Source: the human T2T-CHM13v2.0 reference genome, Homo sapiens. From it: a stretch of DNA of 64,000 nucleotides. Made by a program: the position numbers and the translations under genes. The stretch lies in assembly GCF_009914755.1 (NCBI RefSeq), contig NC_060926.1, one strand, 5' to 3'. The notes below the pieces were generated by a model. It was not told the DNA's origin and searched no databases. It saw only the letters and a list, made by a program, of their open reading frames with translations. This document shows positions 56,195-64,000 of this stretch, in pieces. Position 1 is the first letter of the stretch; each line of letters starts with the position of its first letter.

Positions 56195-56390
56195 GAAGTC
56201 AGATAGATCAGATAGATAGATCGGAGACTAAAATTCAGCACTGCTGCTTTCTATTCAGGTGATTATGGGATTAAATTGCCATAAGTCTCAGAGAATTTTT
56301 CTTTCCACTATAAAGGTGGATAATATCTATATCATAGACCTGCTGTGAAGATTAAATGAAATCATAAGCATGAAGCTTTTAGCAAAGGAA
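56195..56390 (+). mobile_element. MIR
   Basis: TATAAAGGTGGATAATA...GCTGTGAAGATTAAATGA. Confidence 0.6.
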
Positions 56391-57042
56391 TGTTCCTTCC
56401 CTTGTCTTCCTCTATGGTAAGAACCAACAGTTGTATTTGGAGTTGCTAGCAAGAGCTGATAGTTCTCACATACTTTTTATATCATGTACTCTTTTCTGAT
56501 TATGAACATTAAAAATGTATGCTTATATAGGTAATTTGAAAAAAAACCAGTGAATATTATAAATGAAACTCTCAATCTCTCTAGAGATAACTACTATTAG
56601 CATTTTGGTATTTTTTTCTACTTTTTTTTATAAATAGTGATGGAGCAATTACTTATTTTGCAAGCAAAACTGCAACCTGCTTTTCTCACTTAATGTCACA
56701 TTGACACTCATCTTGAGAGAGGGATTTCCCCTCTCATCAGCAGTGGAAAAGAGCCACGTTCTTTGTATATAGACTTGTTAGAATTGGATACAAGGAAGGT
56801 TAGACTGGTGGTTTGGGGGTGGGATAAACCAGGGCCAGGAGATAATTTGGCCCCCAAAAGGCACCATTTTAGGAGTATGAAACGTGGCAAGTTCTGCAGT
56901 TTGTGCAACCCTACTAAGTAATGATTTTCGTGTTTGAAGTTGTCATGGTTGGGCTCTGAGAAGTTCCATAAAGCAGTTTCCTCTGAGCTGCTTGGACTTT
57001 ACCCTAGACAGGCAGAAGACGGCACCATCACTTGGGCTAAAT

Positions 57043-57987
57043 CGCACCCACCAAATGTCCTACTGCCTGACACCTCTCCATAGACTTTGCAGAGAATACA
57101 TCAGTTGGTCCTATCTAAATAAACCACAGCTTCTATAAGATGCCAACGCACCCACCAAATGTCCTACTGCCTGACACCTCTCCATAGACTTTGCAGAGAA
57201 TACATCAGTTGGTCCTATCATCTAAATAAACCACAGCTTCTATAAGATGCCAACGCACCCACCAAATGTCCTACTGCCTGACACCTCTCCATAGACTTTG
57301 CAGAGAATACATCAGTTGGTCCTATCTAAATAAACCACAGCTTCTATAAGATGCCAACGCACCCACCAAATGTCCTACTGCCTGACACCTCTCCATAGAC
57401 TTTGCAGAGAATACATCAGTTGGTCCTATCATCTAAATAAACCACAGCTTCTATAAGATGCCAACGCACCCACCAAATGTCCTACTGCCTGACACCTCTC
57501 CATAGACTTTGCAGAGAATACATCAGTTGGTCCTATCATCTAAATAAACCACAGCTTCTATAAGATGCCAACGCACCCACCAAATGTCCTACTGCCTGAC
57601 ACCTCTCCATAGACTTTGCAGAGAATACATCAGTTGGTCCTATCTAAATAAACCACAGCTTCTATAAGATGCCAACGCACCCACCAAATGTCCTACTGCC
57701 TGACACCTCTCCATAGACTTTGCAGAGAATACATCAGTTGGTCCTATCTAAATAAACCACAGCTTCTATAAGATGCCAACGCACCCACCAAATGTCCTAC
57801 TGCCTGACACCTCTCCATAGACTTTGCAGAGAATACATCAGTTGGTCCTATCTAAATAAACCACAGCTTCTATAAGATGCCAACGCACCCACCAAATGTC
57901 CTACTGCCTGACACCTCTCCATAGACTTTGCAGAGAATACATCAGTTGGTCCTATCTAAATAAACCACAGCTTCTATAAGATGCCAA
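57043..57987. repeat. Minisatellite: 9 copies of a 104-bp unit (3 copies are 107 bp)
   Basis: Units start at 57043, 57147, 57254, 57358, 57465, 57572, 57676, 57780, 57884; identical except an extra ATC in copies 2, 4 and 5. Confidence 0.99.
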
Positions 57988-58969
57988 GGCCTCTGCAGTA
58001 GCACAAGGGCCCAGCATGTGATTAGGATTATGGTTAGTCACTAGAAAAAAGCCATTTAGAAACCATAGTCGGCCAGAGAATCCATATTGGGGCTGAAAGG
58101 ACTGTCTGAGGATCTTCTGAAATTTTGTGTACTTACATTTTTCTAGGAAAAGGGTACAAAGATTTCATAAGATTTATAAGGAGGTCTATGCCCTCTCCCT
58201 AATTATTAACAGCTATTGATCTCAAAGAAAGGGTAGAGTGCATGTTCTTTAGGCAGTCATCCAGGAAAAATGATTTCTTATCATTGAGCTTCAGATAAGG
58301 ATCAAAGAACAGAGAATTTGAAATGATGTTCTTTGGCAAGAACCTGGAATGCAAATATTCAGTATTACCAAATAAGAAAAGACTTATAGACTTTATATCT
58401 ACAACTATATTATTCCCCCAATCTTCCTCTCTTCCACCTCTCAATTTATCTGTCATCTGTGTATTTACTACTATTTCTATTGAGACACCAGTTTGGCCAG
58501 ACAGACCTAAAAGTAACCAACACATTACTTATCTTTTTGTTGCCTTCTTTATCATCCATGTAAAATTGAAATAGCTTTTTACATTATAAGGTTATCGTAA
58601 GGATTAAACAGGATATCATATTTGAGGTAAAATACTTACTACAATACTTACTAAACATGTAGTAAGTTCTCATTAAATATTTGCAATTATTATGATAATC
58701 CTTATTGACTCTTGATATATTATAGCTTTTAGGCCACTAGGTGCCCAAAAGAATTTCCAACATGTCTCACTCTGGTCTGTCTTCCCTGGCATTGTGCTGT
58801 ATTTCAGAATACTGAGTGTTAATGATTTCTCTATCATCAAATAGCAAAGCAATTTTCCATGCTTTATTTCTTTAAAAATCTGCTGTTTCTTAAGGATAAT
58901 TCGTTGGCTGATTGTATATTAATTACCGATAACAGTTGAGTGAAAATCTACCTTGTTTTGTTTGTGCAG

Positions 58970-59367
58970 CTCTAAGTATAAGCTGTGTTCTGCCGCATTA
59001 ACAAAAGATCCCAAAAATCTTAGTGACTTAAAATGACAGGGGTTTATTCTGTGCTTCTGCCATATAATGTATAATGAAGTGTCACGGGTTCTGGTTGTGT
59101 AGCTTCACCCTGGTTGTCAGAGCAGCCACCATCTTGAATGTTGCAGGTCACTATATTAGTGGAGAGAAAGAGCTCTGGAAGGTTTCCCACTGGCTTTTAA
59201 ATCCCCCAGCATGGGAATGCATGTGAGACTGCCAATTACCAATAATTGGTAAGAGCCAGTCACATAGCCACACCCAACCACAGGAGATGGAGTAAGAAGA
59301 ACCATCCTGCCATGCACCTTGAAGAGTAGAAAACCAGACATATTTGGTGAATTTATCCATGACTAAA
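58970..59367 (-). mobile_element. MLT1J-like MaLR LTR
   Basis: AACAAAAGATCCCAAAAATCTTAGTGACTTAAAA; AGTCACATAGCCACACCCAACCAC; ATATTTGGTGAA. Confidence 0.7.
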
Positions 59368-60009
59368 AAAGTTGATAATGATATTTTAGGTCGTATATGG
59401 TGATCAGTTTTGAATGTACAGGCTATTTGGCCATCCCCAATCATACTACATGGATTACTACATCGTGCCACTTCCAGCTAAAAAATGTAACTACTTTGGA
59501 GGCCTATGGTGATATCCTGGGATGTTAAAGAAACAGAGAGAGAAGCAGTTGAATCTCTGCTTTGTTTTAGTCACCTTGCGTTTGGGTTGAATGTGTCAAG
59601 ACTGATGTTTATTATGTGTACAGAAAAGTCATCTTTGAGGCATAATATTCTCTTTGTATGGTGTTTGAAAAGACACTGGGAAGAGCCTTTTGCCCACAGA
59701 CATGAAAAGTACCTGTTCGGGGAGGGGTTTTTTAGCATCCACCTGTGGTAGTGTCTTCTGAGGGGGAGATGTAGTAAATTTGTTTTTCTTTAGGTGACCA
59801 AAAGACATCCTATGTGAAGTATTACAAGGTAGCAACATATCAAGATAGCCTGGACTAGTTTTAGTTACACCAAGTCTTCCATGAGTTGAGAGTTTTCCAT
59901 TTCACGAGGCATCTTTTTCATTCATTATCTCTTGGATCTTCATAGTTATCATGTAAATTTGATAGGGGTTTTTTCATTCAAGAGAAGAAAGGAGAAAAAA
60001 GATGCAAGC

Positions 60010-60200
60010 TATTTAGTGAGTGCCTGTGTGTTCCAGGCATTGTATGAGACAATTTTGTATATGTGATTTCATTTTACTCTCCCAATAATTTTGTAAATCG
60101 TGTATTATTATTGTATAATAAGGAAACGAGGGCTCAGAGTGTTGAAAGGGGTTGCATTCAAAGTGCATTCAAACCAAGTTTTCCTGATTGCTAACATCTA
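60010..60200 (-). mobile_element. MIR
   Basis: TATTTAGTGAGTGCCTGTGTGTTCCAGGCATTGT...AAGGAAACGAGGGCTCAGAG. Confidence 0.65.
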
Positions 60201-60631
60201 CTTCTTGGGCTTGCGTTAATTGGGGTTGAAGGCATGTTTTTGAATTAGTGCTGCCTCTATTCATAGTATTTCTACTTGACACATTCAATTTGACTAAAAT
60301 GATTAAAGTAACTCTTCCATTTTGTTTGGTGAAGTTATTACTAGAGTCTCATAGAGAGGGCTCTGCGTCAAGAGGGCTGACTGCACTGACATTCTAAACA
60401 TGTCAATATAGCCTTAAGATTTTCTACACCACTGGATAAAGATTTAAAAAATTATCAATGAATCCAGCCTGATACTCAAAAGCTGTTACTTTCATCTGTC
60501 TCTTTTTTTTTTCCAATTTCAACTGGATTTAATACAGATGACTTGAGTAATTTGTCAAAAAATTCCAAGATCTCTGTTTACAGATCAATCAGGAGACACA
60601 TTGTGTTTAACACACAGCAGACAATAACATC

Positions 60632-60903
60632 TTTTTTTTTGAGATGGAATCTCACTCTGTCATCCAGACTGGAGTGCAGTGGCACAGTCTTGACTCACTG
60701 CAGCCTCTGCCTCCCAGGTTCAAGCAATTCTCCTGCCTCAGCCTCCGGAGTAGATGGGATTACAAGTGCCTGCCACCACACCCAGCTAATTTTTGTATTT
60801 TTAGTAGAGATGGGATATCATCATGTTGGTCAGGCTGGTCTCGAACTCCTGATCTCAGGTGATCCACCCGCCTCGGCCTCCCAAAGTGCTGGGATTACAG
60901 GCA
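60632..60903 (-). mobile_element. AluSx-like, 5'-truncated by ~20 nt
   Basis: Stops at GGGATTACAGGC; TSD ACAATAA(C/T)AT at 60621-60630 and 60904-60913. Confidence 0.94.
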
Positions 60904-61453
60904 ACAATAATATTTTTAAATATCAAGATGACAATATTTGTTTAACCAACACACACATACACATGCACGCCCACACACACCCTCTCACCCTCACAGAGAT
61001 CTTAGGGCTTTAGCTGGAGTTTTATTTTCCATTAGTTAGAAGTGCCTTCGGATTTTCTAATTTGATATGTATGTCTTTGATTATTTGGCAGAATCTCCAA
61101 AGGTTCAAAACACATAGTAATTTGACATTTTGTTGAAGTGTGAATTCGAACCACAGAGTTGTTGAGAAATATAACTGACTTGTGTAGTAAGATAATATAA
61201 TTTGTTGAGTAAATTCTATAGCTAGAAGTGAGCTCAGCCCACAGCTCAGCATTTGTATGCCATCCTAGCTGTGTTTTGTCCCCTCTGTCTCATATATAGA
61301 AATAACAGAACAAATTATGCTCTGTAGTAGCAATGAAGAATTGGAAAATAAAGAAAGGTCTTTGGTCATATTCCTTCTTCTATTCTTGGGCAGTGACCTC
61401 CAAGAGGGTATGGGAAAATAGTTAGGACTTTTAGCAATGTTTATGTTTTAATT

Positions 61454-61670
61454 CAGAGGTTGGCAAACTATGGCCCCTGGGCTGAATCCACTCTAACCCC
61501 CGTCTTTGTAAATAAGGTCTTAGTGGAACACAGCCATGTCCATGGGTTTATATGTCGTGAATGGATAATTTCACACTGCAAAGCAGAGTTAAGTAGTATG
61601 TTAAAGACACATGGCCTGCAAAGCCTAAAATATTCACTATCTGGTACTCTAAAAAGGTTTGCTGACCCCC
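61454..61670. mobile_element. MER58A (hAT-Charlie)
   Basis: CAGAGGTTGGCAAAC ... GTTTGCTGACCCC terminal inverted repeats; GGCCTGCAAAGCCTAAAATATT. Confidence 0.88.
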
Positions 61671-62016
61671 ACTTTAATCTTGTCTTTTAAATTTTTTGAA
61701 TGTTTCATACTGTAATTTTTATAGTATATAATGATAGTACATGTATATAATTTGTAAATAAAACATATATACATGTTGGAAATACATTTTAAAAATCATT
61801 TACTTGTATAAGGATACATTCAAAAAGGTTCAGAGACCACAGTTTCAGGACCTGCCGTTTAAGGAATACTTCCAAATGATTGCCTTTGTTGTGGTTAGTG
61901 TTCCTAAAGACACACATCTTTTCTTTTTTTTTTAATGCATTGTTTGTAGTTTTGTCATCCAAATTCTGTGGAGAAAGAATAAGCACAGTAGCACATTAGG
62001 GTAGCACATTATGACC

Positions 62017-62081
62017 ATATATATATAATATATATACATATATATGTATATACACACATATATATATGAGAGAGAGAGAGA
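62017..62081. repeat. (TA)n/(GA)n compound microsatellite
   Basis: Read directly. Confidence 0.9.
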
Positions 62082-63569
62082 ACAAGACAATAAAAGAGGA
62101 AAGGAAGAGTGGAAGAAAAAGAAAAGAGAAGAGAAGAGGCAGGCTACCATGTAGCCAGTAGTGCCTGCTCATAGCTAGCCTACAATCTTGAGTGAGATTT
62201 GACGGTAAGACCAGCTCTAATCTGATTGCAATAGACAGTGGCCTGCATCTGAAGCATTTGAAAAGCTCCACCCTATGACCAAAAAAGAAAAAAATTCCTC
62301 TCAATTTTTCTCAAGGCTAAAAATTCTCCCATTAACCAATCCCTCACATTATGGGATTTGAGGCCCTCTTTAAAATATATTTCTACCCTGATACTCAGAG
62401 GGCAACACATTAAGCCAGCTTCAGCCATTAACTCATTTTATTAATTCGCTCATTAGATTACTTGGTGCTCAGTTGCTTGTTCGAAAAGTAGCTGAGAAAA
62501 ATCTGAAAACAAAATCATTCTTTAGTTTTGGTAAGAATAAATCAACTGAAGCAATCCCTGCCTGCCTCAGGGATGGCAAATACCTGAGATGACAGTGGCT
62601 GGGAAAGACAGTGTGACAGGAAGTTTGTCCCAGGCAGCTCTGATCCTGGCCTATCTGCAAGACGGCTAGTCTGACTATGGATGATCAGAAGTCGCTCCTC
62701 CTGGGCTTGAAGGTTCATTAGTCAGCAAGGTAATAAGGACTATATATTACCAAGGACCCAAGGCCCACTGAGAATTTCTTGTGTGTGTATTAATCTCGGC
62801 AGATCAAAGCCATTCCAAGCTTAAAACTAATCGGCATTAATGAACAGCCTCCTCAATTTCCATTTTTATGATGTGTGCAGCATGGTGATTTGTTTCTCCA
62901 CTGCCTGAAATGGGATGGCTGACTGATGAATCACTTTCCCCGAGAAGCTTGTCTGTGAGCAGTAATGTTGCAAATGGGTGCAAACCAAAAAATCTGTTCT
63001 TACTTCATTAAAATTATGACATAGGCTCCTACTTTCCAAAATTATGCCCTCTCCTCAAACGACTGACTGAAGTTTCAGTTTTGTTGTGTAGGTGGGGTGT
63101 CGAGCCAGTCTCTGTGCTAGTGCTGCGTGTCAGAAGATGCGGCTACTTGGGAAAATTTTGAGACACATTCACTTTGCAGGTCAAGCAAGAGAGAAGGCTG
63201 TAACAATTACCAGGAGTAGATACTGTTATCTGGATTGAGCTAAATAACAGGGTTTGAAAGGAGGACCAGATCCAGAAAGGCTGGATCAGCAGGGAAGGGG
63301 GTTTGGGGAAAAAGAGTAGTGGGGACGAACAAGGTAGAGGGCAGATGGATCACTTTGGTGTTTGAAATTTAGGCTTTAAACCTGTGAACACAATTCATTC
63401 CCCAGGATGACACCACTACTACCACCACTACCACCATCATCATCATCAGTCTCATCTTCTAGGCTGGCACGATGTTGATTGCCTTATATATCTTTTCTTA
63501 TTTTTAATATTCACAGAAACATTTGGAGAGAGATGCTACAATTATTCTCATCTCTTTACATGAAAAAAT

Positions 63570-64000
63570 TAAGATACAATTCAGGAATCATAAAATTCAT
63601 CCTTTAAAAATGTACATTTCAGTATATTCACGGAGTTGGGCAATCATCACCACTATCTAATTCTAGAACATTTTCATCAGCCCTCCCCAAAGAAATCCAA
63701 TGAGTTACTCCTCATTCCTTTTTACTCCATAGTTTTGGCAGCTACTAATCTACTTTCTCTGCAGATTTGCTTGTTCTGGACTTTTCATATAAATGGAACT
63801 ATTCAGTATGTGGCCTTTTGTTACTGTCTTTTTTCACTTAGCATGATGTTTTCAAGCTTCTTCCATTTTGTAGCATGTATCATGTATCAGTACTTCATTC
63901 CTTTTCATGGCTGAATAACATTCTATTGTACACATATATCACATTTTATTTATCCATTTATCAGTCGATGGCCTTGGGTTTTTCTACTCTTTTGCTATTG
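63570..64000 (-). mobile_element. L1MB 3' end, runs off the window
   Basis: TTCTAGAACATTTTCATCA, CTAATCTACTTTCT, TTTTTCACTTAGCATGATGTTTTCAAG. Confidence 0.85.

Noticed and set aside
57043-57987. CRISPR-like array
   Set aside because: Units abut with no unique spacers, are about 104 bp, there are no cas genes and the context is primate DNA.

Overview
Primate (human-like) non-coding genomic DNA, intergenic or deep intronic. It carries AluJ/S/Y, L1PA/PB/M, L2, MIR, many MaLR/ERV solo LTRs and MER DNA transposons. I find no credible host protein-coding gene, structural RNA gene, CpG island or CRISPR array, and I cannot assign the locus. The recognisable ORFs are L1 ORF2 debris or Alu read-through. 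I see no convincing new multi-component biological system. The most unusual signals are: (1) a 9-copy 104/107-bp minisatellite with no substitutions (57043-57987); (2) a 54-bp inverted copy of an LTR 5' end pasted 1.5 kb away between 10-bp direct repeats (46891-46966); (3) a 90-bp fold-back hairpin (1251-1340) and two perfect palindromes; (4) a frameshifted hAT transposase C-terminus missed by the ORF track (about 37810-38300, minus); (5) three CCAAT boxes at 31/32-bp spacing (19270-19343); (6) a MER41 LTR with one GAS site inserted into an Alu monomer. Repeat subfamily names come from recalled consensus sequences, not a search, and boundaries of old repeats are approximate.
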